A stretch of DNA of 64,000 bases from an uncultured Verrucomicrobiae bacterium (lineage in GTDB: Bacteria; Verrucomicrobiota; Verrucomicrobiia; Chthoniobacterales; Chthoniobacteraceae). Shown here piece by piece: positions 51,250 through 61,450 of this stretch. The position numbers were made by a program, and so were the translations under genes. Below the pieces are notes generated by a model. The model was given only the letters and a program-made list of their open reading frames with translations, was not told the DNA's origin and searched no databases. Numbering within the stretch: position 1 is the stretch's first letter; each line of letters starts with the position of its first letter. Location: the NCBI GenBank assembly GCA_963805815.1, contig CAWDWA010000010.1, positions 65,700 to 129,699 of the forward strand. Reading direction: 5' to 3'.

Positions 51250-52623
51250 TCAGCCGGTCACTGTCGGGTTGTTCCAGCCTCCCGGCGGAGTGACTTTCGC
51301 GATTTCCTCCGGTCCCCAGGTCTTCGGTTCGTACTGGTAAATTGGCGTGCCGGCCTTCAACGCCGGATCAACCACGCGCCACGCTTCTTCCACGTAATCC
51401 TGCCGGGCAAAGAGGGTGGCGTCGCCGTCCATCGCGTCGGTCAACACGCGCTCGTAGGCATCCATATCCTGCGGCCCCTGATGCTGGCTGCCCAGGATTT
51501 CAGTGGAGACAGCGTGCGACTCGGTGCCGGGCGCCATGACGTTCATGCCGAATGAAATAGTGATGTCGGGGCTAATGCGGAACCGCAAATAATTCGGTTT
51601 CAAACCAAAGTGCTTGTACATCGTCGGCGGCTCGCGCAAATGGAAAGTGACCTCCGTACACGTCACCGGAAGGTTCTTGCCCGCGCGGATGTAGAAGGGC
51701 ACGCCGCGCCAACGCCACGAGTCAATCTCCAGTTTCATTGCGCCGAATGTCTCCACTGTGGAGTCCGGCTTGACGCCCGGTTCCTCGAGGTAACCGCGGA
51801 ATTGTCCGCGCACAAGATGTTCCGGAGCCAGTGGCAGCATCGACTTGAGAACCTTGACCTTCTCGTCGCGGATGGATTCGCTGTCGGTGCGGGCCGGCGG
51901 TTCCATGGTGAGGTTGCAGAGGACCTGGAATAAGTGGTTCTGGATAACATCCCTGATCGTGCCGACTTGGTCGTAGAACGAACCCCGCCCCTGCACCCCG
52001 AAGTCTTCCGCCATAGTGATCTGCAAGCTCCTGATGTTGTTTCGGTTCCAGATCGGCTCCAGGAACGAGTTCGTGAACCGGAAGAAGACCAGGTTGTGAA
52101 CCTGCCGTTTCCCAAGGTAGTGGTCGATCCGGAAGACCGACGCTTCATCGAACGCAGCGAGCAGGACCTTGTTCAGGGCCCGCGCGGAGGCGAGGTCGCG
52201 CCCGAAAGGTTTTTCGACGATAACCCGCGCGCTCTTCGCGCAGCCGGACTCGACCAGGTGCTCCACCACGGCACCGAACAATGACGGCGGGATTGCCAGG
52301 TAATGCGCCGGCCGCTGGGCATCCTTGAGTTCCTTGCGCAATGCTTGAAACGTGGCCGGGTCGTTGTAGTCGCCATCCACATACCGGAGCAGGCCGGACA
52401 ATTTGGCAAACGCGGCGCGATCCAGTCCACCGTGTTTCTCCAGGCTGTCTTTCGCGCGCGCTTTAAGTTGGTCGAGAGTCCACCCGGCTTTGGCGACGCC
52501 AATGACCGGCACGCTGAGATGTCCCCGTTTCAGCATCGCCTGCAACGAAGGGAAGATCTTCTTGTAGGCTAGATCACCGGTGGCACCGAAGAACACCAGC
52601 GCGTCAGATTTGAGGGCAGTCAT
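51250..52623 (-). CDS. zwf: Glucose-6-phosphate 1-dehydrogenase (short form)
   Basis: About 457 aa from MTALKSDALVFFGATGDLAYKKIFP (NADP-binding GATGDLA), RIDHYLGK and the C-terminal G6PD domain. The ORF is open further upstream but the first 140 codons are not G6PD-like. Confidence 0.8.
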   Translation of the reverse strand: MTALKSDALVFFGATGDLAYKKIFPSLQAMLKRGHLSVPVIGVAKAGWTLDQLKARAKDSLEKHGGLDRAAFAKLSGLLRYVDGDYNDPATFQALRKELKDAQRPAHYLAIPPSLFGAVVEHLVESGCAKSARVIVEKPFGRDLASARALNKVLLAAFDEASVFRIDHYLGKRQVHNLVFFRFTNSFLEPIWNRNNIRSLQITMAEDFGVQGRGSFYDQVGTIRDVIQNHLFQVLCNLTMEPPARTDSESIRDEKVKVLKSMLPLAPEHLVRGQFRGYLEEPGVKPDSTVETFGAMKLEIDSWRWRGVPFYIRAGKNLPVTCTEVTFHLREPPTMYKHFGLKPNYLRFRISPDITISFGMNVMAPGTESHAVSTEILGSQHQGPQDMDAYERVLTDAMDGDATLFARQDYVEEAWRVVDPALKAGTPIYQYEPKTWGPEEIAKVTPPGGWNNPTVTG

Positions 52624-52630
52624 GGATTCC

Positions 52631-53647
52631 TCACTTCGCGGGTTTTTCCAGGTGTCCGCCGAAGCCAAACCGCATCGCCGAGAGCAGCTTGTCCTGATAA
52701 TCCGCTTCACCGCGCGACGCGAACCGTTCGTACAGCGCCGTCGTAAGCACCGGCACCGGCACGCCTTCGTCAATCGCCGCTCTGATTGTCCATCGCCCCT
52801 CGCCGGAATCAGAAACACGTCCGGCAAACTGCGAAAGGTTGGGGTCCTTGACCAGCGCGCCTGTAGTGAGGTCGAGCAACCACGAGGCGATGACACTGCC
52901 GCGACGCCAGACTTCGGCGACTTCGCCGAGGTCGATGTCATATTGATAATGCTCCGGGTCGCGCAACGGAGTTGTCTCCGCATCCACCTCACCCTTTTGC
53001 TTTCCCGCATTCGCACTGCGCAACACACCGAGTCCTTCAGCATAGGCGGCCATGATGCCGTACTCGATCCCGTTGTGAACCATCTTCACAAAGTGGCCGG
53101 CACCGTTCGGGCCGCAGTGCAGATAGCCGTTCTCGGCCGTCCCCTTGTTCTTTGGCCTGTCGGGCGTGCGCGGAATGTCGCCCGTGCCCGGAGCCAGCGT
53201 CGCGAAAACCGGATCGAGATGCTTCACGACGTCCGGCTCGCCGCCGATCATCATACAGTAGCCGCGCTCCAGGCCCCAGACGCCGCCGCTCGTGCCGACA
53301 TCCACGTAATGAATTCTGTTCGGCGCGAGTTCCCTGGCCCGACGAATGTCGTCCACATAATAAGAATTCCCGCCGTCAATCAGGATGTCGTCCGGCTCCA
53401 GAAGCGGCAGCAAATCAGCGATGGAATTGTCCACCACTGCGGCCGGCACCATCAGCCACACCGCGCGGGGTTTCTCCAATTTCTTCACAAAATCGGCGAG
53501 CGACTCTGTGCCCACCGCATTTTCCCTCACCAGTTCCTGCACCGCGTCGAGCGCGCGGTCATAGACCACGCATTCGTGGCCGTTCCCGATTAACCGGCGC
53601 ACCATGTTGGCGCCCATCCTGCCGAGTCCGATCATGCCGAGTTGCAT
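52631..53647 (-). CDS. gnd: 6-phosphogluconate dehydrogenase, decarboxylating (short YqeC/GndA-like form)
   Basis: 338 aa. MQLGMIGLGRMGANMVRRL Rossmann N-terminus and 6PGD catalytic region. Confidence 0.8.
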   Translation of the reverse strand: MQLGMIGLGRMGANMVRRLIGNGHECVVYDRALDAVQELVRENAVGTESLADFVKKLEKPRAVWLMVPAAVVDNSIADLLPLLEPDDILIDGGNSYYVDDIRRARELAPNRIHYVDVGTSGGVWGLERGYCMMIGGEPDVVKHLDPVFATLAPGTGDIPRTPDRPKNKGTAENGYLHCGPNGAGHFVKMVHNGIEYGIMAAYAEGLGVLRSANAGKQKGEVDAETTPLRDPEHYQYDIDLGEVAEVWRRGSVIASWLLDLTTGALVKDPNLSQFAGRVSDSGEGRWTIRAAIDEGVPVPVLTTALYERFASRGEADYQDKLLSAMRFGFGGHLEKPAK

Positions 53648-54879
53648 TTTTGTGTTCCTTTTCTTTCAGGTTATTCGTTGCTGGTTGTATTGCGGCGCGC
53701 ATGCGTTCTTCGAGTAGTCGAGGAACTGATCTTTTCTGGAAAACGTGGACCAGCCCTTTGAGTTTTAGTTCGAGGATATTGGTTTAATATTGAGGTGTGA
53801 AGCCCTGAGTTAATGCGACCGGGTTGTTTCCGGTGGCTTGAACAACATCAAGCCTCATCACGCTCCTCCGTTGGTCGAAAATGACGAGGCATGACCGATA
53901 TCGTATTTCTTTCTCTAGCGCGAATCTGAATCGACTCGGACTCTAAGTCATTTTTCAATGTGGAAATTCGAAAATGAAAAATCTTCTCTTTGCTCTTCTT
54001 TTCATGGCAACGACATCCGCAGTGTTTGCCGCGGGACCACCTCTTCTTGCTGAACCCATTCAGCGGCATTGAGCTCTTGAACCCCCTCTAATTTGCCTGT
54101 TCCGGGGGCTGTTCTACTCTGAACATCAGCACGGAATTCGCCGAAAATAGCCGTTAACGAGCCAAAAGTGACGAACTTGGAACAATCATGCTGTCTGCGC
54201 AGCGGAGCTGCGCGCGTGCGTCATTGCGAGCAAAGCGAAGCAACCGATTCCCGGACTCGGTTCCGGCAAGAAGATCAGTAGAGTTCCTGGAGTTGGCTTA
54301 TGCTCGGGAGACTTGGATAAATTTCGCCCTTGGGACCCTGCCAGCCGCCGGCCACGAGGTGCAAGCGGACCGGTGTGTAGCTCCCGTTGCTGTTGGGAAC
54401 GTCGATGACTCGCGTTGTCGCCGCCTCCTGGGCCGCAGCCTGCTCCTCACGCTGCTTTTGCAACGCTCCGCCAACAAGGGCCGACTGCCGCGCCCTCGGC
54501 GCTGCTATGGCTCACCGCTCCGATCAACGCCCCGACCGCGGATCTCTTCACCGTGCCGCCGACGGCTCCTCCGGAAAAACCGATCCCAGGAGGCCGTCGA
54601 TAAAGAGCGAACTCGTCCCGCCGTTGGCCGGAATCTCGCCCACCAGCACCTGGGCGTCGTAGGTGAGGTCACTGCCCTCGAGTCGGGGTTTACTGAGTTC
54701 GACCACGGCGTTGGTCACCTTCCCATTTTCCAGAATGGAGAGGTCGGCATTCGGCGGGTCAGACTCAAAACTGTTTTTGCCTTTGTCCCAGACCTTGAGG
54801 AATCCGTCCAACTCGATATGACCCGCGGTCCGATAGGGACGGTCGGCGAAAAATATCACGACAGGGCTGATGTCTTTCA

Positions 54880-55447
54880 GCCAATCGACGTGGCGCGACA
54901 GGAAGTAATGACCCGTGACAACGTGCCGGTCACCGTCGATGCGGTGCTGTATTTTCGCGTAATCGATCCGCAGGCGGCAGTGGTGAAAGTAGAGGATTTT
55001 CTGAAAGCGACCTCGCTGATCGCGCAGACCACCTTGCGTAGCGTACTGGGGCAGGCGGAACTCGACGAATTGCTGGCTCGCCGCGAGAAGATCAACCTCA
55101 CCTTGCAGGAAATCATCGACCGACAAACCGACCCGTGGGGCGTCAAAGTCACGGCAGTGGAAGTAAAGGACGTCTCCCTGCCCGACACAATGAAACGCGC
55201 GATGGCCAAGCAGGCCGAGGCCGAGCGCGAGCGGCGTGCGAAGGTCGTAAATGCGGAGGGTGAATTCCAGGCCGCGGAAAAAATGGTGCAGGCCGCCGCG
55301 ATGATCAGCAAGCAACCTATCGCGCTCCAATTGCGTTTCCTCCAGACGATGCGCGAGATTTCAAGCGAGCATAACACAACCACCTTCCTGCCGGTGCCGA
55401 TCGACATGTTCTCGCCATTCAAGCAAACTGAGCCACCAAAATCGTAA
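54880..55447 (+). pseudogene. SPFH/band-7 (stomatin/HflK-like) protein, N-terminally truncated
   Basis: [23 protein letters not shown]...[28 protein letters not shown]...[21 protein letters not shown] matches the SPFH core and C-terminal coiled-coil. The expected TM and FRLGR N-terminus are absent. Confidence 0.55.
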
Positions 55448-55984
55448 TAAGGAAGCCGCCATAATGCGGAAGTGGCCTCTTAAACAACAGGTGAACGTTC
55501 GAGGCGTTCGCGGTGTACCATCAGTCAGCTGAGGCTGGCCCCGCTTCGAGATCCGTCGGAATCCTCTCGGATGTCGCTGCCCCCTCCCGCGTCGAGGGAA
55601 TTATGCATAGAAGGGGACTGTCAAATCTTAAAAAAATTTCATTCATGTTAGGATCTGAGCGGGCAAACGCTTTTGCGCCAGCTCCGCACCAAAGCATGGA
55701 CCCAATCCGAGCGTGCACATTGTTACGAAGAGTCCGCCCGACTACCCGACCGCCAATCCCTTGCAGATTTATGGCAACGGCGACCGACCTTCAGGTGTGT
55801 AACGGCAACCGGCTGGTGGTTGACGGTCCCTTTGGGCACGGTCGATATTCGGCCGGTCATGGAGGTGCTGCGGCTGCCCGCGAACTAATTGCGACGACCA
55901 TCCACCCGGTTGTCGATTTTCGTCATCGACGAACGACCAACTACTGAAAGAACAACTTCACCAACAACATACTGACACAGAAAA

Positions 55985-56416
55985 ATGCGATTCATGATCA
56001 TCGTCAAAGCCACCAAGTCTTCAGAAGCAGGTGTCCTCCCGAGCGAGGAACTCCTCACCGCGATGGGACAATACAATGAAGAGCTCACCAACGCTGGCGT
56101 GATGCTCGCGGGCGAAGGGATTCAGCCAAGTTCGAAGGGAGTGCGCGTCAGGTTCGAGGGCGAGAAACGGATTATAATCGACGGGCCATTTGCGGAGACG
56201 AAGGAGCTGGTCGCCGGCTTCTGGCTCTGGAAATGCGCATCACTCCAGGAGGCGATCGAATGGGTCAAGCGCTGTCCCAATCCGATGCCGGAGGAATCCG
56301 AGATCGAGATTCGACAGGTGTTCGAGGCGGAGGACTTTGGCCCCACCCTCACGCCCGACCTCCGCGAACAGGAAGAAATGCTTCGGACGCAGCTCGGGCA
56401 AAAGAAAGGCTCGTGA
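55985..56416 (+). CDS. YciI-like (YCII / Dabb-fold) protein
   Basis: 143 aa. MRFMIIVKATKSSEAG...IIIDGPFAETKELVAGFWLW matches the YCII-related domain. Confidence 0.7.
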   Translation: MRFMIIVKATKSSEAGVLPSEELLTAMGQYNEELTNAGVMLAGEGIQPSSKGVRVRFEGEKRIIIDGPFAETKELVAGFWLWKCASLQEAIEWVKRCPNPMPEESEIEIRQVFEAEDFGPTLTPDLREQEEMLRTQLGQKKGS

Positions 56417-56439
56417 AGCCTCAAATCAGGAGCAAAATA

Positions 56440-56634
56440 TGAAATACGTCTTCCTCGGATACTTTACGATTGGGTGGATTTGGCGTGATCGAAGCGACAG
56501 ACCTGAACCATGCTATCCTGTTGATGAATAAGCATTCGTCGTTCAAGTCGGAGGCCGTAGAGATTCGCCCTGCTGAGGACTTTACCGGGATGATCCGCGA
56601 GAGCGAGCGGCGTCGTGCAGCGATAGCGGCATAA
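56440..56634 (+). pseudogene. Degenerate YciI-like gene (internal deletion and frameshift)
   Basis: Starts MKYVFLGY like the paralogs at 57756 and 58168. A second frame reads DLNHAILLMNKHSSFKSEAVEIRPAEDF, matching their DLNEAIQIASR...IEVRP ending. Confidence 0.5.
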
Positions 56635-56732
56635 TCGTGAGTGACTGATGAGTTTGCCATATACGCCGGCCGATGCGCGTTCCGCACGTCTGCTATTCGA
56701 ACAAATCGATAACATTCAGCGCAAAGAATAGC

Positions 56733-57250
56733 CTATGCAGAAAGTAACTCCGTTCCTGTGGTTCGAAGGAAAAGCCGAAGAGGCGGCGAGATTCTATACG
56801 TCCGTGGCAGATCATTCCTCCGATGCTTGACGAGATGTTGAATGACGAGGACGACGCGAAGTCGCAGCGGGTGATGCAAGCAATGCTTCATCGCAAGGTT
56901 ACCGGCATTGATTTCGACGGCGGGTACTCCGAATACACGATTGCACCGGCGGCGGCGCTGGCAGCGATCCCCGACGATTTGCCGGCGGAGGAAGCGGGAC
57001 CGTTCATGTGCGCGGACGTCTCGGCGCGCATCATTACATTGATTCGGGTGCCGACGATGCGGTCGGGAAATTGCAAAAACATGGTGGCGCGCGCCTGATT
57101 CTGGCCACCGCGCCAAACGCACAGGCGATCTCCGTGCTGGTGGATGGTTTGTCCGTAGACGGTAAACTGCTCTCGAAGCCAACTAGCCAAGTGAGCGGAT
57201 GTCGAAACCTATGCCGCGATTGCCGCCGGTTATGGGTATGCTCTCGTAAA
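56733..57250 (+). pseudogene. Gene remnants: PhnB/VOC-like N-terminal stub followed by frameshifted fragments of a zinc-type medium-chain alcohol dehydrogenase
   Basis: MQKVTPFLWFEGKAEEAARFYTSV (PhnB-like start). Then VTGIDFDGGYSEYTIAPAAALAAIPDDLPAEEAGPFMCA and GAHHYIDSGADDAVGKLQKHGGARLILATAP (MDR substrate and cofactor domains) in different frames. Confidence 0.45.
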
Positions 57251-57310
57251 ATTCACGAGTGCGCTTCATGTCAGTGACCGCGCAACAGCGGAATGCCAGC
57301 TCGATGACCT

Positions 57311-57739
57311 TCATTTGACCTCCGACTGCGAGACGATGATCATCCAGCACACGCCGAAGCGGTCAGTGACCATGCCGAAGTGCGGCGCAAAGAAGGTCTT
57401 CGCAAGCGGCATCTGCACTTGTCCGCCTTCGGCCAGCGCCGCGAACCGCCGTTCGGCCTCCGCCCCGTCGGGCACAGTCAGCGACAACGCAAAACCCTGA
57501 AAGCTCGGCTTTCCCTCGCAGCGCCCGTCAGAGGCCATGATCTGCGTTTCACCGATCTGGAAATTCGCGTGCATCACTTTGCTTTCGTCGATTCCCGGCA
57601 TGCACATGTTTGGATCCGGGCTGTCTTTGTAGCGCATCAGCGCCGTCACTTCGGCGTCGAGCGCCTTGCGGTAATACTCGATGGCCTTTTCGCAGCAGCC
57701 GTCGAAGAAGAGGTAGGGTTGAACGATGCTCATGGGCAT
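57311..57739 (-). CDS. VOC-family protein, PhnB/YjdN-like (glyoxalase fold)
   Basis: About 142 aa from MPMSIVQPYLFFDGCCEKAIEYYRKAL...CMPGIDESKVMHANFQIGETQIMASDG...FAPHFGMVTDRFGVCWMI. Confidence 0.7.
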   Translation of the reverse strand: MPMSIVQPYLFFDGCCEKAIEYYRKALDAEVTALMRYKDSPDPNMCMPGIDESKVMHANFQIGETQIMASDGRCEGKPSFQGFALSLTVPDGAEAERRFAALAEGGQVQMPLAKTFFAPHFGMVTDRFGVCWMIIVSQSEVK

Positions 57740-57755
57740 TCCTTTCTCTAGTTGG

Positions 57756-58166
57756 TCATGGTTTGTTACTTCTTGTCTCTGAAGCACATTGCCCGGCATC
57801 GATTCCGAGCGCGAGCGTTTGCGGATCGTCGGCGATCGGGCGCAGTTCGACGCAGCCATGGCGCGCGCTCGGTATTTTCGAGGCGATCCGGATGGCTTCC
57901 TTCAGGTCCTTCGCCCTGATCACGTAGTAGCCGCCGAGTTGTTCCTTGGTCTCGGCGAACGGACCGTCGCTGACCAGCACTTTGCCGTTACGCACCCGGA
58001 TCGTTGTCGCGGTTTCGCAAGGCTTCAACCGATTTGCACCGATGAAATGACCGCTCTGCTTGATGCTTTCGGTGAACTCGGCGTACTCATGAAAAAGTTT
58101 CGCCGCGTCGGCCTCCGTCCTTCCTTCCATCACCGTCTCTGCACAGATCAGACAAAGGTATTTCAT
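57756..58166 (-). CDS. YciI-like (YCII) protein
   Basis: 136 aa. MKYLCLICAETVME...VSDGPFAETKEQLGGYYVIRAKDLKEAIRIASKIP. Confidence 0.75.
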   Translation of the reverse strand: MKYLCLICAETVMEGRTEADAAKLFHEYAEFTESIKQSGHFIGANRLKPCETATTIRVRNGKVLVSDGPFAETKEQLGGYYVIRAKDLKEAIRIASKIPSARHGCVELRPIADDPQTLALGIDAGQCASETRSNKP

Positions 58167-58167
58167 G

Positions 58168-58518
58168 TCAGATCAACTCCCTGGTGGGCCTGACTTCGAT
58201 GCATCCCAGGCGCGCGCCCTGCAATCTGGAGGCAATCTGAATAGCTTCGTTCAGGTCGCGCGCTTCAATCATGAAGAAGCCTCCGAGTTGTTCCTTGGTT
58301 TCGGCGAACGGACCGTCGGTGGTGGACAGTGTACCGTTGCGCACCCGCACGGTCGTGGCGGTCTCCACGGATTGAAGAGCTTGCACGGCAAGCAACTTGC
58401 CCTTCTGCCGCAGTTCGTCGTTGTAGGCGCAAACCTCCTTTTCGACGGCGTCCCGCTCGGCTCTGGACATTGCTTTCAATTTCGCTTCTTCGTCGTAACA
58501 AAAGCAAACGTATTTCAT
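58168..58518 (-). CDS. YciI-like (YCII) protein
   Basis: 116 aa. MKYVCFCYDEEAKLKAMS...TTDGPFAETKEQLGGFFMIEARDLNEAIQIASRL. Separated by only 1 bp from the next YciI paralog. Confidence 0.75.
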   Translation of the reverse strand: MKYVCFCYDEEAKLKAMSRAERDAVEKEVCAYNDELRQKGKLLAVQALQSVETATTVRVRNGTLSTTDGPFAETKEQLGGFFMIEARDLNEAIQIASRLQGARLGCIEVRPTRELI

Positions 58519-58621
58519 GGGTTCTCCTCCAGTTTCGGTATCAGCACCAGGACCGCGCCGGGCGCAACCCAGCCAGTAACCTTTAGCGTCGGCGGTGAGT
58601 TACGATGGCAGCAACGGCTAC

Positions 58622-59374
58622 TCATGCGCGGGCCTCCTCGTATTGGTCGTGATAACGCACCCAATCCTGCGTAGCATCGAGATTTTCGTCTCGGCCTTTG
58701 GCGGTCAGGTCGAGGAAGTTGTAGGTGGTGTTCATCAGGTCGATGCCGCGCGCGTAAGAAGAGTAAGTGCGGTAAATGACGTCGTTCTTATCGCGGTAAA
58801 ACGCGCTGACGCCTTCGCGCTCGTCGATGTCCATGTCCAGCGGAGCGAAGTTATAAATGGCCTTGCCGCTTTTGATCTGTTCCGGCGTGAACGAGACGTT
58901 GAAATCGAAGTTAAAGTCCGTCTGGAACGACGAGACCCAATTGAATTTCCAGCCCATGCGCTTTTTGAAAGGCTCAATTTCCGTCAGCGGGGCGCGGGAA
59001 ACGACGGCAAAGGCCGTGTCGCGCTGTCCAATGTGAAGGTTCACGCTGTCGAAATGGTCGGCCCAGAACGAGCAATGGGGGCAACCTTCCTTCCAGCCCG
59101 GCCCGAACATGAAGTGATAGACGATGAGCTGGCTCATGCCACAGAACAAATCGGCGAGCCTCACCTTGCCCGTGGGCCCATCAAAAACGTATTCCTTTTC
59201 GACTTTCACCCAGGGCAGCTCGCGACGCTGAAGATTCAATTCGTCGCGCAGTTTCGAGAACTTCTTTTCTTTCACTAGCAGATCCTTGCGAGCGACGAGC
59301 CATTCTTTTTGCGAAGCCACCTTACGGTGATCGATTCCGCGGACAGTATTGATTTTCGGCATAATGTTCTCCAT
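58622..59374 (-). CDS. DUF899 thioredoxin-like family protein
   Basis: About 250 aa from MENIMPKIN. LPWVKVEKEYVFDGPTGKVRLADLF...LIVYHFMFGPGWKEGCPHCSFWADHFD...RMGWKFNWVSS. Confidence 0.7.
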   Translation of the reverse strand: MENIMPKINTVRGIDHRKVASQKEWLVARKDLLVKEKKFSKLRDELNLQRRELPWVKVEKEYVFDGPTGKVRLADLFCGMSQLIVYHFMFGPGWKEGCPHCSFWADHFDSVNLHIGQRDTAFAVVSRAPLTEIEPFKKRMGWKFNWVSSFQTDFNFDFNVSFTPEQIKSGKAIYNFAPLDMDIDEREGVSAFYRDKNDVIYRTYSSYARGIDLMNTTYNFLDLTAKGRDENLDATQDWVRYHDQYEEARA

Positions 59375-59421
59375 TGTTTTATTGTTGCTACGGGGATGGT
59401 TCAGATTGCTGGTGTGGGCGA

Positions 59422-59688
59422 CTATTTGCGCCTTCGCGGGCGCAGGCAGCGAAGGCGCCGCATTCCCAGGTAAATCAGCGATGTGATGCACAGAATGAGC
59501 AGCAAAGTGCGCAGGTGCGTGGCAGTTGCGAGCGATAGCCCCAGCCCGGTTACCGCCGCCACATAGGCCGCCAGACATGCCGGGCACTTCGGCATTAGCA
59601 CTAAGATCGCACCGGGAACAATCCAGTCGGCAATCTCACCGCTACGACGCAATCGCGAGGCGCGCTGGCAGCAGGGGCGAGTGGTCAC
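59422..59688 (-). CDS. Small membrane protein with a CxxC (PKCPAC) motif, inserted between two DUF899 genes
   Basis: 88 aa. Two predicted TM helices flanking [12 protein letters not shown]. Basic C-terminus. Confidence 0.4.
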   Translation of the reverse strand: MTTRPCCQRASRLRRSGEIADWIVPGAILVLMPKCPACLAAYVAAVTGLGLSLATATHLRTLLLILCITSLIYLGMRRLRCLRPRRRK

Positions 59689-60508
59689 GAGTGCGCCTCC
59701 GTCGATTCACATGAGCAGGCCGTGGACAATGACGACGCTGTCTCCGGCCAGTAGGGTTTGTCCGCATCGGCGAACTCGTCGGTACCGTACCCATCATGAT
59801 AACGCAGCCATTCCATTGTGAACGCCAAGTGGTCCTCGTCGCGACCCCTGGGCACCAGGTCGAGGATCATGTACGTGCCGATGAGTAGCTCGAGGCCGCG
59901 GCCGTAAGGTGGAGTACGTGTGAAAGATGTTGCCGCGAGTGTGCTTGTATAAAACGCTCAGGCCCGGCGCCTCCGCGCTCGGGAACGGCTGTAGGGTGTA
60001 GTTGTAGTTCAGCTTGCCTTGCGCGGATCTCCTCCTTTGTGAACGACACGTGGAAATCAGTGTTGAAGTCACTGCCGGACGAAGACACCCACTTGAAGCG
60101 CCAGCCCATGCGTTTATTGATCGCCTCAATACTGGCCAGCGGCGCGCGCGAGACCATAACCAACGAAACGTCCCGGGCTGCCAGGTGCGGGAGTCCGCCG
60201 TCAATATGATCGGATACAAACGAACAACTCGGGCAGCCTTCCTGCCAGTCCGGCCCGAACATGAAGTGGTAGATGACCAGTTGACTGCGCCCCGCGAAAA
60301 GCTCAGCGAGCGTGACCTTGCCGGCCGGTCCATCGAACACATAGTTCTTCTCGACCTTCACCCAAGGCAGCTTACGCCGCTCGGCGCTCAATTGGTCGTG
60401 CAGCCGCGTGGCTTTCTTCTCTTTCTTCAGCAATTTCTTGCGGGAGGCAATCCATTCCTCTCGCGAAACGATCTTGCGGCCCGTGATTATTGGCTCAATT
60501 GTCTTCAT
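59688..60508 (-). pseudogene. DUF899 family paralog broken into three frames
   Basis: ORF 59867..60583 (MKTIEPII...LPWVKVEKNYVFDGPAGKV...CPSCSF...RMGWRFKWVSS), then 59794..60342 (KLNYNYTLQPFPS...), then 59685..59870 (WLRYHDGYGTDEF) each continue the homology to 58622..59374. Confidence 0.6.
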
Positions 60509-60691
60509 TGTTTCGTCTCCATCGTTGGTGGTTGAATTGTTCATTCCACCAAATGGTCGTTTGGCGATCCCGGAAATCGACAACGCTCACCGTCACGCTT
60601 GAGGACGGCGGCGTGAAAGTCGGAGAGATCAGGTAGTTTTAAAATCCGAGGCGAAAAGAAGGGGGTGCGATGACGGCGGCGGAGGCGGATT

Positions 60692-61450
60692 TCAGGGTTC
60701 GACGCGGTCTTTCATTCGGTAGCTGGTGCCTTCGATGACGACGGTCTGGGCGTGATGAAGGAGCCGGTCGAGAACGGCGGCGGTAATGGTGCTGTCGCCG
60801 TTGAAGATGGAGGGCCATTGCTTGAAGGCTTTATTGGTGGTGAGCACGATGGAACCACGTTCGTAGCGCTGGCTGATGACCTGAAAGAGGAGATCGGCAC
60901 CGCGCTGGTCAATGGGCAGATATCCGACCTCGTCAAGGATGAGGAGAGCTGGAGTGAGGTATTTGCGCAGTTCAACCTTGAGCGCGCCTTTGTGCTGGGC
61001 GGCTGAGAGGGTGTTGATGACGTCGATGGCGTTGGCGAAGACGACGTTGTGGCCGCGCTGGCAGGCGGCGTATCCAAGCGCGGAAGCGATGTGTGTCTTG
61101 CCCAGGCCGACGAGGCCCAGGAGAACGACGTTGGCTTTGTCCTCGACGAACTGGAGGCGGAAGAGGTCCTGAACCTGGAGGCGGTTGATTTTCCTGGGCC
61201 AGTCGAAGCGGAAGCTTTCCAGGGTCTTGATGACGGGAAAGCGGGCGTTCTTGATTCGTCGGAGCGTGGCGCGGTCGGCTCGCAGAGCGGCCTCGCCTTC
61301 GATGAGTTGGGCGAGGTAATCGAGGTGGGAACGCTCTTCACGGGCGGCGCGGGTGGCCAGAGTGGCGCCGTGTTCACGGATAAAAGGCAGGCGCAGGTAT
61401 TCGAGGTTGCGATTGAGGGTAGCAATGTCGGATTGTGCGGGTTTCATTGA
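60692..61450 (-). CDS. istB: IS21-family helper ATPase IstB
   Basis: About 253 aa from MKPAQSDIATL. Walker A LLGLVGLGKTHIASALG and Walker B LILDEVGYLP. Typical IstB/DnaC-like. Confidence 0.8.
   Translation of the reverse strand, partial: SMKPAQSDIATLNRNLEYLRLPFIREHGATLATRAAREERSHLDYLAQLIEGEAALRADRATLRRIKNARFPVIKTLESFRFDWPRKINRLQVQDLFRLQFVEDKANVVLLGLVGLGKTHIASALGYAACQRGHNVVFANAIDVINTLSAAQHKGALKVELRKYLTPALLILDEVGYLPIDQRGADLLFQVISQRYERGSIVLTTNKAFKQWPSIFNGDSTITAAVLDRLLHHAQTVVIEGTSYRMKDRVEP

Noticed and set aside
52580-53593. 337-aa plus-strand ORF
   Set aside because: Antisense to the gnd gene.
54188-54879. N-terminal 230 codons of the 419-aa ORF that ends as the SPFH protein
   Set aside because: Arg-rich, no SPFH N-terminal features. 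Treated as a non-coding or opposite-strand fragment region.
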